A stretch of DNA of 64,000 bases from Nymphaea colorata (GCF_008831285.2 NC_045138.2:34348001-34412000); one strand, 5' to 3'. Counted from the stretch's first letter, positions 13,264 through 27,688 are shown. Made by a program: numbers and translations. The notes: generated by a model not told the origin, from the letters alone.

Positions 13264-14751
13264 TGAGATTGAGATCGAGGTCGGGAGAGAGGGGGAGGAG
13301 CTTTGCTAGCCCTAGGTTAAGTAGGAGGTCTCTAATTGGAATCCTGTTCCCCCCTGCTGGACTACCGACAAGAAGTGTGTTCGAGGGTAGTCACTCAGCT
13401 AACCAAGGAACTTGGAGAATGTGAGGAGGAGACTACAGGACGGCTACTTGAACGATTCTATTGAGCAATTTGTCTTGCCAAACCAACGAAAGGCAGATCA
13501 GATGGACTCTTACCGGTTCAGATGAAGATGAGCTAACTGCAGTTTTGCTTGCAGGAATCCCATATATATGCAAAACCAACGAAATTGGAGGTTTGGTTTG
13601 GAGAGATACTGTTGCGGGTGGAAGTTGAAGGAGGAAAGGGAGAAACTAGAAAGCAAGGACGAGGAAGAGGCAAGAGATGGGACCTAAAGCGTCTCACGCG
13701 GAAACGCTGATAAACGGCAACGCGGCGGGGAACGGGAAAATAGCGGCCATCTCATTCTCATCGTGTTGAAGACGGTGAATCTGGGAAAGGGATAGGCCAA
13801 GAGGATTGCGTGTTTGAGAGAGAGAGACGCCGCCTCGCAACTTCGGGCCACGCCAGGGAGACGGTCCGAGTGGGCCTTCCTTTGCTTTACCATGATTCGG
13901 AACTCACGTTTACTTTTATGAAGACCGAGTAAGTAGGCCTTTGCTGGCGAGTGGCGATTGTCAAATAAAGACGCAATTTTTCTCCATTTACTTTTTTCAA
14001 TTCAAATTATACCTTTTGTTTTGAGTGAGCAGTTCGTTTTTTTATCGTTAAAATGACAATAATTAAAATATAAACTCACATTTCTTGCTAAATATGCCTT
14101 AAGAATTGAGATCATGTTAACCATGCGGAAAGTTACTAGGCTTTTATCGATAGCAGCAAAGGATTATTGATTAAAAGTAATACTAATAAAAAAATGCAAC
14201 TTTACTTTTACAAGTGAATCATGATTAAATGACTAACTAATTTGTGTGATTAATCTCCGAACAGTGCGCTGAATTATTTGCAACAACTGCACTGATAAAA
14301 AATAAAAAAGGAACAAGCAAATCCGAAATGCCTTTTCTTTTTTACTACCACTTTAAAAGCAACTTTGCCAAAGCTTTTAGCTTTGCCTTGAAAAATACAT
14401 TTGAGCGCCTGATATATAGCAAAGAGGCGATTGAATAAATGAAATACATTACATAAGCATGTTTTCGTCATACCAACAAAAAAAAGCATATCACATTTTT
14501 CTGTAATCCTTTATTTAAATCTTTGTTTCTTCTTACCTTTAAAAATTTGTTAAAGAGGGGTGACCTAAGTGTACCAACATTTTTCTCATCTCAACACACA
14601 TACACACACACAACACAATTGTCAGATTCATAATTAAGAACCATTTTTCTACAGATATTTGAGAGAAAAAGAATGATACAAAGTTGTAAATGAAACTAGG
14701 CAATAAAAGCCAAAGGTTGAGATGGTTTCTTACGAGCTTAGCATACTTTCA

Positions 14752-15017
14752 TTTCTTTCGAATTTCGTGCTAATTGAGAGGTTTTTTCAAATCGCCATTG
14801 TGAATGAACCGTAACATAGATAATTGGCAACGTATGCGTTCGAGCTTTGACCTCCAAAATTTAGACTTTAGGTTTTCTAACTTAAAAAAGGCATGATAAC
14901 AATTTGAAATACAGTTTCCATCATAAATTTGAGTTTCAAGCATTATGTTATGTGAATTTCAAAACCCCGGCATGGCCTTCTGGCGTTAGAATGAACATCC
15001 ATTCTCAACAATGTCCA
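14752..15017. repeat. Diverged direct repeat, copy 1 (partner ~20316-20604)
   Basis: Shared blocks TTTCGTGCTAATT.AGAGGTTTTTTCAAATCGCCAT, TTTCAAGCATTATGTTAT.TGAATTTCAAAA.CCCGG, GGCGTTAGAAT, TTCTCAACAATG; ends approximate. Confidence 0.75.
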
Positions 15018-16612
15018 TAATTGGGAAGCGTCATCTATTGCTAAAATCATAGTAAATTTGGATGAGTTTTGAAGCCCTAATAATCCACCAACTATAGTTT
15101 TGTTTTCTTTCAATAAAAGGAAACTAAACCTAACCTCATTAGAATAAGCTCTCTCATAAGAACAACTAAACACGAAAGAATTAGGAAAAAGCCTCCTCCC
15201 AAATTTTACAAATGAAAGAGGTTTATGCTATTTTTAATGACACCTATAAATGCTGTATGAGCTTTCCCTCTCTTCATTGAGTTCTAAAGATAACGTCCGG
15301 AAGTGAATCCTTTTGAGAGCAGCTTTAAACATGTTAGGTTTGTGCCTGTCCAATAGACATGTTAATGCACGGGTAGTGCCCGTTTATGGATCAAAATCTA
15401 TATCCACTCGATCACATTCATGGTTCCAAATACTAACTAGGTTTGGATTCAGCATGCAGCTATCAAAGGGTAAGAGGAGAGGATATTGTAAAAGATGTCG
15501 AGTTAAAAAAAAAAAACCCCGAGATCAAGTCTTAATGTCTGTCACTTGTAGTTTGATCCAGTGTCATTAACATAACTTTTTGTGAACCAAATCATCATTA
15601 TGGGGTCATGCATATATGACATGAAAAGTTATCTGAGTTTTTGTTGTTAGCCCAAGAGCTGGCGCCGTAAAAGATCAGTTCAGCGCTGTACTGGTTGACA
15701 TATATTTGACCCACATCACATCAAGTATCGACACAACCGAAAACGACGGGAGCAGAGGAGCTTTGGCTCTCATTTGGGCATTTTGCTCTCTCGTTCGTTC
15801 ACGTATAATATGATTGATTGAGTAAGCTTTTCTATGGTCAAGCCCCACTCCCAAATACATGTATGTATGTATGTATTTCTAGAGATAAGATTTTGAGCAG
15901 GGATTCCATAGAGCAAACACCACGGACCCACCGATCCCAAGTTTCCCCGCCCTCAAGAAAACGTCAAGACAGCTGAGCCTATAAATTCTTTTGCCATTTT
16001 CTTTCTCAAGCCGATGCTTTCCTTCCTTCTCCCTCCGCTCATGTACACGCATTCTCATTACGGGGAAGCAACTGCTAAAAAGTACTGGTTTCCTTCTTGA
16101 GCTGCTTCATTCTCCTATCATCTTCGGCAATAAACTAAATAGCGATTCTCAAAAGCATGTGGACGCGATGGGTTAAATGATAAAGACATATGGTAGGAAT
16201 TAAGATCGAGTTCCCTTTCCCGTTGTCTGGAAGAAACAGTAATTTGAGAAAGAGATATTCGCATGTACGTCAATGCAAGAAGAACTGATTGATCATGCTG
16301 TGAATTTTCAAGTTATGAAAGACGAGCCGCTTTTCACATTTACTGCTTTTCACCGGGGTACAGCTGGCCAAGGATGCAAGAATTTAAATTAACAGAAAGG
16401 AAATTGCGGTACAAAATTACAATTAAATTGTTTCTTAAAGTAAATATTCTTTTCTTAAAAGGCCCCATCTCCCATCGCCGTATAGAACCCAATATTCCAC
16501 CACATCTTTGTGTGACCGCCAACTGTAGAATAAAACCCCATCCATAGGAGCTGAGCAGCATTGCCCAACAACCCATCTCCTTTTTCCTCAACCAACTAAG
16601 CCTGTCGAGCCC

Positions 16613-17257
16613 ATGTCGAACCCAGCCGCCCAGCCCCCGCATTCGAACAGGCGGTACTACGCGAGCCGAGTGAAGGAGAGCCTGACGGGGCGAGCCACCA
16701 AGTGCATCTGCTCCTTCTTCCTCACCCTCCTCCTCATCGGCGCCGTCGTTGCTTTTGTTCTATGGCTCAGCCTGCGCCCGCACCGGCCGAGGTTTCACAT
16801 AGAACAGTTCTCCATCCCGGGGATCAAGCAGGATGGAGGCTTCCAGAACACGGTTATCACGTTCAATTTGACGATCAGGAATCCTAATCAGAACATTGGC
16901 ATCTTCTACGACCAGATGGAGGCGCAGGTGTACTATAGGGAGACACTCTTTGGGGTGACTGCCTTGGGACCCCCGTTCTACCAGGGCCCCAAGAACACCA
17001 CGGTGGTGGCGAGCAGGATCAACGGCACGCCTTTGCCGGGGGACAATCCCGTTTGGCAGATGGTCCTCGCCGATCGATTTACCGGCACGGTGGTTTTCCG
17101 GCTCGATATCACGGCCGAGGTCCGGTCGAAGGTGGCGGCGATATACAACGGTCGGAGGGACCACACCATGCACGTCGACTGCCAAGTGGAGGTGGGTCCG
17201 GATGGGGTGATCCTGCCAAGGTCGGTGGATAGGAGGTGCCCGGTCTACTTTTACTAG
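16613..17257 (+). CDS. NDR1/HIN1-like LEA_2 protein resembling Arabidopsis At4g05220/At1g61760 as recalled, intronless, 214 aa
   Basis: YYASRVKESL, TM helix, LWLSLRPHRPRFHI, RNPNQNIGIFYD, PFYQGPKNTT, C-terminal RCPVYFY. Confidence 0.92.
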   Translation: MSNPAAQPPHSNRRYYASRVKESLTGRATKCICSFFLTLLLIGAVVAFVLWLSLRPHRPRFHIEQFSIPGIKQDGGFQNTVITFNLTIRNPNQNIGIFYDQMEAQVYYRETLFGVTALGPPFYQGPKNTTVVASRINGTPLPGDNPVWQMVLADRFTGTVVFRLDITAEVRSKVAAIYNGRRDHTMHVDCQVEVGPDGVILPRSVDRRCPVYFY

Positions 17258-18978
17258 GCTTTCAGCGTCGGGTCCGACGGCCGGAAAGCTTTAGCCTCAT
17301 GTCCGATCACTTTCTCTTTTTTTAAATTTAGACATGTTTGAAGTGAATTTGTGCATGAAGACAAAAACTAAAGCCAAAGAGATTGTTAATAAATTTTCCT
17401 TTTACTTTGTATGACACGGAAGCATAAACTGTTTCTTACTATACACATATATAAAAAGCATAGCGAAGTGAACCCGTGTTCCTCAAGGTGAGATGGCTAT
17501 TTAGACGATAAATCATAGCAATGAATATTCTTTCCTTCGACCACCGAAGCAGTGAATATGAATGCTCCTTAGTTGTGGATATGCAACCAAATCTTGACTC
17601 ATTTGGCCCCAATCGTTGTGGTTTAGCTTCTTGTTTTTTTAATTTGTCCTGAGGGTGATTGGTTTGGCGCTTTGAACTCAAGCAAGAGCCTCAGACTGTT
17701 TTTACAATTGTAGTTAGTGTGATCTAAATCTAAATATGGATGCCGGAAGAAACCTTTAAACAAGTGGCACATCAAATTTGGTTCGATTCAACGAACAACA
17801 AACTTGGTTTAATTATGATTCTTTAAATTAATTGGGTTGTAAGGGAACACTCAGTTCTTAGAACAAATGTTAGTTAGTACAACACATGTTTTTTTGAATT
17901 GTTGTTTTATGCTTTGATATCAGCATTGCATAATTCATGTAATTTGTTTTAATTGGGTCTGGAAATAATATAAATCGTCATATCATAAATGCCGTTAAGA
18001 ATTACAATTTTATTATTTTATTTTCTTTTCTATGCACTTTTTTTTTTATAGATTTTCCAACTTATTACAATTAATTGCTGCATTAAATTGTGAGTAAATT
18101 GAAATTTATATTTCAAAAAGATTCCCATAATTGGAGAGGGATGAATTCGCCGATTGAATTGAGCAAAAAATTGGAAAGAGGGTCTTTGCAAATTTCAGCT
18201 ACAAGGACAAAATTATCAATTTCATATTTATAAATACGAGTGACTTAGATCTTTCCAGAAAAGAAAAGGCAGGACGCCACAAACAACACTTCACTTGACG
18301 CGGTCTTTCCCTCTCCCTCTCTTTTTTGAACTTTCCCCTCCTCGGTTTCTTCTTGGGATGTCTCTCTCTTGATTGGTCGATTATCTTATCTCCGGTCGAT
18401 GCAATGGAGAGGATGAGGATGTCAGTCTGCACTGCAGTCGATGCTGTCAGATGAGATCTATTGGGTAGCTGCTCTTCTCTCTTACCCTCCCTCGATTCTT
18501 GCGTTCTTGGGCCATTGGTTGGCTTGGCGCGAGAGTCTTCTTCTTTCCAAGCCTATCGATTTGAAGAAGGTTTTAATGTTTCCAAGCCTTGTTTTGTTTG
18601 GCTAGTTGAGTTATATTGGCCTTGATGATAGTTTCAGTGCTTGGAGCCGATTGCTCGGTTAGGTGAGGAAACGTCTCTCATTTTTGTTCGAACCTGTCAT
18701 TCACCGGCAAAACCCAACGACATTGCCTATGGCTGGGGTCTCTAGCAGGCAGCAGGCTCATAACTGGTGTAGAGCCCTGTGTTATTTTATAAAAGTTCTG
18801 CAATTACTTGCAAATTTCTTCCACAATTGTGCAATTCCATGTAAATACACCAAGAATTGATGGGAAGGAAATGAAAATAAAGAGAAGAAGGAAAGGTAAA
18901 GGGAAAAGAAGGAGAGAAAAGGAAAAAAAGGGAGTCTTTTTTTTTTTTTTTTTTCTTCTCTTCCTCCTTTCATTTTTT

Positions 18979-19130
18979 TCTACATCTAAACATGATTTTG
19001 CTTTCTTCTGTCCTTTTCCCTCTCCCTCCTTTCTTTTTCTCTACATCCAAACATGATTTTGCTTTCTTCTGTCCTTTTTCCTCTCCCTCCTTTCTTGTTC
19101 TCTACATCCAAACATGATTTTGCTTTCTTC
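18979..19130. repeat. 61-bp tandem repeat, ~2.5 copies
   Basis: TCTACATC(C/T)AAACATGATTTTGCTTTCTTC starts at 18979, 19040 and 19101. Confidence 0.9.
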
Positions 19131-20315
19131 TTTTCTTTTCTTTTCTTCTTCTTTAAGTGAATATCCAGGCACAAAAAAGTCCATTCCTTTTCCTCCCAAA
19201 ACATTTTGAACAATTATAAAATATTTGGATGGTCGAATAATCACGAGTGCTACAACTAGTTTTTCCATGATATCAAACGAAAGCTACACCACAAGGACAT
19301 AAGTGACATCTAAAACTAATACAAGTTTACAGGGAAACTATTCGCAGTTTAATTTCAAGGATTATGCTTGCAACGCAATTGCAACTATCCTTGCTATGTG
19401 GTGGTCAAATTATGAGTTTTTTAAAAGTTTTAGTGATGCCAAATGATTTTTCTAGCAATTTTTAAGGAGGGGCTGGGTGACAAACTATAAAAATTTAAAA
19501 GATTACAAACAAACCGTAGTTTTCTTTAAATTTAAAACCTCGGTGGCTTCTGCCAGCCCTATTTGGAAACACTTTTCTGAATTTTGCGCACAATGGTGAC
19601 CCTTGTGAAGCATTTAAAACAATCATGTAGAAAATATTTGGATAAATAGGAATATTGGAGCTGACATCTAAACTCGAATCAAGCTTGAGCTTGGCTAGAA
19701 AGATTGTATAAGCAAATGGAATATGGAAAAAAGGTGGACATTATGCCAATAGGAACTAATTCTTGCCTTAAATTAAGTAGCTCATCTAAGAGCTGCAGGT
19801 TCAAGAAAGAAGCTAATTATGCTGGACCTGGTTAAGTTGGGTTTGGTAAATGTTTAGACTTGACTGGATTCTCATCCGTTTACATCCCTAAAGAGAACGT
19901 ATGCCTGCAAACATCTTTCTTGATGTGTGTCCATAATTTTATCGGAACAGCCACTACTTTTGCTACGGTTTCACTTGGAATCTGTTGCACCATCTTTAAA
20001 ACATTTTAAAGCTCTGGACTAGAGGCGTGTCCTATTTTCAGACCGTAGATGGACGACAGCTACATCATATGAGAGTTCCATTTGGTCATCTGTCTGTAAC
20101 TGGCGCTTTCCTGGGACCCTTCCCAGTTCTTGCTTGTGTTCGTGTGGTAATTTCCCACGCTCTACTAGAGGGGTATTTTATTTTCCTAATGTTATGAAAA
20201 CTTTTCATTTTTGTCTTTAATAGGAATAATAGGTGCATTTTGCTTATTTCTAGCCACATAAGGGCCATAACATATAACCAGCTTCTATCAAATTAACACG
20301 TTGCAGTTCTAAGTT

Positions 20316-20604
20316 TTCTTTCACATTTCGTGCTAATTTAGAGGTTTTTTCAAATCGCCATGATGGCTTTGTGAAATTTACGTAATGAGCAGAAACACAG
20401 ATAAGTGGCTTAGTATGCTACATGTTTATGTGGCCGGGTTTAGAAAACTCGTTTTTTACGTGCTTTCACCTTTTACTTCAAAACATTATTCTATGTCATT
20501 ATGAATTTCAAGCATTATGTTATATGAATTTCAAAAGCCCGGTGTAGCCTGCGGGCGTTAGAATAAACAACATCGTTCTCAACAATGGCAATAGTTAGGA
20601 AGGG
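20316..20604. repeat. Diverged direct repeat, copy 2 (partner ~14752-15017)
   Basis: Same blocks, same order and orientation as copy 1. Confidence 0.75.
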
Positions 20605-22109
20605 ACGCTGTTCCTTACAGCACTGTTGGGCGCAAATAGGCCATTTGAAATGAAGATGCGTGAAACTTGTTGGGACACCTACTTGTAGCATATATATTGC
20701 CAAGGTCTAGTAAGCTTGGATGGGTTCTTGAACTGGGTTTTATCTTGATTTCGCACCCAGCCAGCACCTATGCTTATATAATCAGCGTTTTCTGAGGGAA
20801 CTAAGGGCCCACAGTCGCAGAGTTTCCAATTTAATTAAGGAAGGGACCTATCTAATTTTCCTGCAATTTTGACGGCAAGCTTGGGCGTTAGGCACGACGA
20901 GCGTTCTTCATTTAGGCTTTTTAAGAATGCTTGTCCTGCGCCTTGCGCATTACCGTCGGAACTAAAAGTATTGTGTTATGCTGCAAAACCATCAGAAGTG
21001 AGAGAGACATGTAAGTTGTAACCCGTCAAGTTCATAACAATTGAAAGCAACATCAATTTCATCAAAATAATCAGAGAACGTGGACCAACTTCTAATCAAA
21101 GTTAGATTCATAACGTGGAAGTCTAATTAAAGAACATAATTAAAATTCTAAAATATATATAATTAAATGTCTTCCCTCTAAGGGGCGTTTGGCATGCAAT
21201 AGAAATACTGAGAAAATTTTCCTTGAATCTGCCTTAAAAAGAAGACTCTATCTCTGTTGTCAAATGCTGCTCTAAAGAAGCATATTGTTATTGATTCGAT
21301 CGACATCATATTGCCAAATCACAACGGAATACTAATTAACTATGCCTTCTCCTACGTATAACCAAATAAGCGGATCATAGCTCAGCCAACTTAAAACCAG
21401 TCTGTTGTTACTACCTAGGGTGCACAAAGAAGATTGCAGTATTAACATCCAAATATGAACATCTTCTTCTCTCTCTCCCTCGCACACAAGCGCACACCCT
21501 TAATTTTGTTGGGTTTCATGTTTCAGAATACCATGAGTTGGGGGATTGAATCACGATCGACTTACTGAATATTCAAGTAGTCGAGTTTTGAATGAGTGAA
21601 CATGGGAGTGCCCACGTTCATTCCTGCTGTCATTTAAACGATTCTTTTCTTGTGCCTATTGTCCACATCCCAGAATCGGTGGTTTGATTAATTAAGTGTT
21701 CCTGTTCGCAAGTGCATCCACTTGGAATCGTGTTCGGCCGAGTCGATTAATTAACTCGTTTCTCCACATCAAATTCGGAATGCCAGTGTTCTAACTTCTA
21801 GTGGTGGCCCAAGGAGAGATGCAGCATCGACTTGTTTTCAAGAACATCGTGGACGTAGGGGCTTGTATGTACTCCTGGGAGACAATATTAAGCGGGATTT
21901 TGTTTCTTATTGCCCGGATCTTAATCTAGATCGTTACATGATCAAGTTTTCACATACTTGCAAAAGCCAAAGCTAATGAGACAACTCTCATGACTTCAAA
22001 CATATTACAAGCAGAAAGAAATCTATTTATTATGACAATTCAAACCCATTATGGCCGGTGCCGATCAGATGGCGGACTGGAGCACTATATATAGAGGCCT
22101 CTTGCTTTT

Positions 22110-23679
22110 TTAATTAGAGCTGTTCACCACGCCGCAGACCTTCCTGATCTCGCCCTCGGTTCCGGTCTTCACTTCGATCCGACCCATCTTCTCCATGGAC
22201 AAACCAAACTCCTTGAAGAAGTCTATGGATCCATTGAGTATTCCATCTATGTAGGACCGGGCGGTGCTGTCGGTAAGCAGGGACCCGTCAGTGGTGAACA
22301 GTCCCCTTCTTTTCACCACATTAGTGTAGTAATGAGTGTCAAATGTGGTGAAGCTCCCAGGATCCATTTCCAGAATGGTCTTGTCTGCAGGAGTTTTGCA
22401 CTTGTATTTCTTTAGGTTGGCGGCATAAAATTTGTCGAGAGATGGGTCTTGATCACCTTTTCCCGTGAAGTTGTAAAGCCTTTTCGTGACGAAGTCGCAG
22501 CTAGTAATGCCAATGGTATGTGCACCTGCAACAAAAGGAGGGACGTGTAAGAAAAATTTGTGTCATCTGGGGCTGCTGTCAACATGGTAACAAATGGGTT
22601 TGACAAAGAAAAGTAGAGGGTAGAACGAGGTCTCGCCTGAGAGGATGACTAGATCCTTCACACTAAGATTCTTCTTCACGAAACTGTCCTTGAGATCACT
22701 GAAACTGAGAGTTGGCGGAGGAATGTTGTTTAATGTCTCGGATGCCAAGGAAACTGTTCCGTCCCTGCGGCCCGTAGGAACATTCCAGTAGGGACCTCCC
22801 TGTAACATCGAGAGAGAGGTACGTCGCATTTTGATCATAGTGACAAGTGAAAATTTAAAACACAAAAGTTTGATTCCTGGACTTTCGTGTTAGATTAGGT
22901 GGCCTTACTATGACAACAACCGCATCTCTTGCTACCAGTGCAACAACATCTGCGCAGGAGACCACGCCTGGACACGCTTCTTCTAACTTGCTCTTCACTG
23001 CATCTATGAAATCAAAGCCTCGCATACCCATGTCTGCTTGAGAATCCTTCTCCGCTTGGTTGTCCTTGGTGGAGTTCAGCAACAATGATGCATCACAGCC
23101 CTGAGAAAAAACGTCGAGTCAGGGATCGGATAGCATAAGCAGGTCTATGTTAGAAACTTGCGCAAAGAATTCTCCCTTGATCTTCATGAAGTGGAAATCA
23201 ACTCCTTAATCTTCGGCGGGAACCATTATGGCACTTTTCCTTTACAAGAAATACCAATGAATCAAATGTTGCCCACATCTCGAAACCAAAAAACGAAGCC
23301 CGAGAAATTAACCCATGGAACTTTTAAAGTTGTGGGGAAATGCTCCAGTTTAGCGGAACAAGTTGCTAAAATATGTTCACAAGCTGTGTCTTTTCTGAAA
23401 CCTTAAAAACAAGCATTCGAGAACAAAACGTGGAGTATGACAAACCAAAAAAGAGAGAGCACAGGAACTAATACTGACCCTGACGAAACAATCATGGAAA
23501 TGCAGTCTAAGCAACGCAGCAGCCAGAGGGGGTGCATTCGGGATATGCTCCTTCACGAACACTTGAACGATGCTCTCTGCCTGTGGGCAGGAGTGATCGT
23601 AGAAACCGAGTCTGAGTTGAGCTTGAGAGGAGCTCAGCAGGCCTAAGAGAACAAAGACAAGAAGAGGGATAGAGCTCAT
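22110..23679 (-). CDS. Class III secretory peroxidase A (PER3/RCI3-like), 323 aa; exons 23679-23479, 23100-22909, 22799-22637, 22525-22110
   Basis: Signal peptide, [34 protein letters not shown] (proximal His), MDPGS, SMEKMG, GEIRKVC. Exons 201/192/163/416 keep frame; intron 3 donor is GC. Confidence 0.93.
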
Positions 23680-23963
23680 GTTTCTGATTTTCTCCTCTCT
23701 GGGTTTCCTGTAGAAGAACTGCAGTTCAAATAAATGGTCGTCTGCGAATTGACTAAAAGGAAACCTTATTTATAGGCTTCAATCATATCAAGCGCTGCGT
23801 CTTGATCTTTTCTTAGTCAAGCAAGATTACCATTTTATTTTGAATGGTAAATTTTCTTGTGGGTTTCCACTACACAATTTTGAACCAAGCGAAGCAAAGA
23901 ACATGAGTTGTTCAGCTAGTGACAGCTGATGGCGTGCGTTTTTAAATACTTTATTACCTCATT

Positions 23964-23987
23964 GGCAGGTTGCAGAATCTCACATTA
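23964..23987 (-). promoter_or_regulatory. Conserved upstream element of peroxidase A (copies at 29426-29449 and 35683-35700)
   Basis: GG(C/T)AGGTTGCAGAATCTC lies 285, 247 and 303 bp upstream of the three ATGs; TATAAAT boxes on the - strand ~85-95 bp upstream of each ATG. Confidence 0.7.
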
Positions 23988-26900
23988 TATTTCAATATAT
24001 AATGTTTCTCCCTTTTTTTTTTTTTGTCAACTACAGATGAACTCCAATATTTTGGTAATATATCTGAAGCCAGCGTCATATGACAACGGTCACAAACTTT
24101 TAATATCATTTGGGGTTCACCAATCCCAAACATGTTGACCTTTATTACTGCACATATTGCTCACTACTTCTGCCATTTTATAGAATGGCTGAAAATTGCT
24201 GAGGACTAACACAAGCATATGGCAGTTTATGTGGGAGTTCAGCATCGTCTGCTTGATCATACGAAATGCTAAGTCCAATATATTGAAATTAACGATCTGA
24301 AGTCACAATGTATACAGCATGTGGTGATGAACGCTCATCACGATGCCCACCCACCATGGCAACACATCACCAACAATCGGGTCGTAAGCCTACGTAGAGA
24401 CTGGTTAGACAAAAATTATTTTTAGGGGGATGTAATGACAATTTAAAAGAGTGTGACTTGTCCAGTGCAATGTCAAACTCCTGGTGCTGATTATTTGAGA
24501 AAATATGTCAATTTCCCAATGCATCTTTCACGAGAGTACGCCTTTTCTGTTTTTGCTTGATGCTTAGCAAGTAGATGCCACGTCAAAAACATAATTCTTA
24601 TTTGGCTACCTAGACAGGAAAACTTAAGTTCGTTGATGTTGATTTTGAGATCGTTTGAATGTTTGGCAACCATGGTTCCTGGCCGTCTTCTAAACCAACA
24701 AATTCGGTTCATAGTTAAACGGATCAAGGATGTTAAAAGGCAAAGATTAAAGTAGTAAAGCTGGGAGTGGTTTCCTTGTGACTATATTATATAGTTAACA
24801 GTACACCTGTCAACAAGAGATTCCTTGACTGGTTAGGAGTTTTCAAATTAAAGGAACAACCCATTAATCAATGGGCAGGGAACAGAGGCCGCCTTCCACA
24901 AATAAATTTTTATGGGCAGTATTAATGGAGATGCGTCTACCTGCATTATATGCCTGGCTCCAGCTTTTCCCAAAAAAAAGAAAAAATTGTACTCCTGACT
25001 CCAACCCGTTTATAGTTTTACCAATGGACCTGGATTTGTTAGTCTCTCAAACCAAAACCACGAGTTCGGATTGTAACGCCCTGGGTTACGACTTACGAGC
25101 AAGATGTACGATTTTGTTTCTTTCCAATCAAATACTGTAGATAACGAATCTAGTAGTGGTATTTGATTGATTGTGCAGTTATTGTGGTGCACATGGCGCG
25201 TGTTTTCTTTTTTTTAGTAGGAAACAATTTGAAGCACTCGTATGCAGAAATGGAGGGAGGGTTAATTGACACCAATCTATCAAATGGTAGCGTTACTTTC
25301 AGGGGGTTGTAAATTTTTCATTCATGAGAAGTGAGTTTCAAAATTTTAATAGGAATCGAAATAATATTATTTAAAAGCTAACATATAAATTAAAAAAAAA
25401 AAAATTAACAGGGCCCCTACCGGGTCCGCAGGTTGTCAGTTCACCTTTTCCCTTTCGTAATCTGAAAGTAGAGAAGGAAGGTGCGGCCCACAAGAATGTG
25501 AATCCGATTAGTGCAAGCAGACAACTATCGTTTTTTTTACATTCAGAGCTACCACCACTCGGGAAAGGGAAAGAATATGAGCAGGAAAAGGTTTAATGCC
25601 ACCCTTGCGTCACAACCAAGACAAGTCCGGAAAATGCGGCTCACTCAGTCGGGCTTTTCACCCCTACATTATTGACTTTTCATCCACACCAAATTCCATT
25701 TGAATAAAGATCGACTTTCGATACGTAGAAATTAACAATGAATTGTGAGCTGGATTTGGTTTATCATTACGTCAGGTCGAATTAAGTTTATCTTAGCAAT
25801 GCTGAAGTCCAATACCTACTTACAAATGCTGTAGACACAAGGGATCAGATCGTCTGTGGGTTTTGCTTAGTGACGTGGTTCCGTCCAGTTGCGCTTTCTT
25901 CAAGGCTTTTACGACAGCTTCCATTGAATTGAACTCTCCTCTCCTTCATATATACTTCACACCATAAATACTCTACTCTCTCTTCTTCTATATATATATA
26001 TACATATATATTGTACTGAGACGATGCTATGTGTTTGGCGCTGAACATATATATAAAACTACACGATCAACTTCTCTTTAAACTTAGCGCCACATCAACA
26101 CAAGAAACTGTCCTTTTACTAGGGCTATTTATAGGGTTACTTGGCCTTTTTGAGAACCCAAACTCTCTTATTTTGTTTGAGATCCAAACACCAAGCATTA
26201 TGTTTGAGTTGTGTGTGGGTCCAGGACTTGAATAAAACCCTATTAGATCCCCCAGTTAACAAAAGCCCGGATCCCCCCCTCTCTCCAATAGCGTCGACTG
26301 ATCCTTGTATGGAACAGAAAGAGAGAAGTATCCCGAATCCCGATATCCAGATGGCCCTTAAAGAGGGCAGCCCCACTACATAACAAGCTTCTAGCGATCA
26401 CAACAAAATTGGAAAAAAGATCCCTTCCCAAAACAAAACGGGACAAAAACAAGTTAGCCAAGAGCAATAAAATAATCTTCTACATCTCGTCCGTGCATGC
26501 AGACGCGCCGCGGTCTCCGGATTTTCTGAGCAGTTTCTTTCCAGTAAGTTGCCTCAACGGAGCCGTCCTTTTGTAGTTATCCAACCGTGCTGATCGATGC
26601 AGAGTTTCGTCAACATTTTACAACTCAGGGGAATATTTCTGTTAAAGTACCCAACCACGGTTGCGACACCATTACAAAATCTGGATCACCTCTCACATTA
26701 CAGTGGAATCGTAAGTCGACATCCATCGTGTAATTCATAATTGTTGCGTCTACCAAGTTCTCGAGAGCGACAGTTTCCTCTTCTCTCAACAACTGAAACT
26801 GAAGTTTTAAATACGCAAGACAAGAATTTTGAACTGCAGCGCACGTAATGCCCCAATCAGGAAAAAGGTTAGTTATTCTGCGTCTCTGCCCCTCGCCCAT

Positions 26901-27688
26901 GATAGCAACAAGGCCATGACAGTACAGGACACAGCCACTAACTGCTTAGTTCATGGTTTCCAAGCCCCAACGGTGTGATCTAAGTACCCACGTGCCCAGA
27001 TGATAAACTTCTAGCGATTGTGAGATCCCATTGCATTTCCTTCCATTGTGATAAGTAGCATTTCTTGTTTTTAGCATTTTTTTATCAGCTAAAGTTTTAT
27101 TTCGCTTTTTCTCCCATTAACTCAGGCCACCTCTGATACACTTACCAGCCAAGTTAATCTAAGTGCCCCACCACACCATAATTAATTTATAAACGACTCG
27201 TCGTTATAACAGGTGCACTTGCATGGTTCCCGACTCAAGAGATCATCTGACCAATTGTAAGGTTAGCGATTGGATATAGTTAAAGGCTGAGGGAAAAATA
27301 AAAGGCCTTAATGCTGTACTATGACAGCAAGTTGAACGTTTTGAGAAAGTATTTACTAAATGGAGAACATGGGGAGCTTGTTCAGTTTTAATAGCAATTT
27401 CTAAAAATATTTTCTCAAGTTTGAGAACACCAACATGCAGTATGTAGATTATATTGTGCACGCTTTGGAATGCAACAACATTCATCTTGCAAGTAATGGC
27501 GTGAAAATCAAACAAGCATGATCTTGTTCTTATAAATAGACCTTCACTTACAAGATCTTATTCTCGCACACAATAAAACGAACCCGAAGAAAATGAAGAC
27601 GAATCAGATAGCCTAACATACTAGAAATTGAAACGAATAAAATAATTCAGATGGGCTTTTACACGATATGTAGAACTCCCTCGGCTTT

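Noticed and set aside
8870..17185. Long antisense and alternative-frame ORFs over the NHL genes (8904-9530, 8960-9457, 12828-13250, 16760-17185)
   Set aside because: Shadow ORFs expected in GC-rich coding DNA with few stops; no recognisable domains.
26030..26530. Segment resembling a retroelement end
   Set aside because: No paired LTR, PBS, poly(A) with TSD or coding remnant could be identified.
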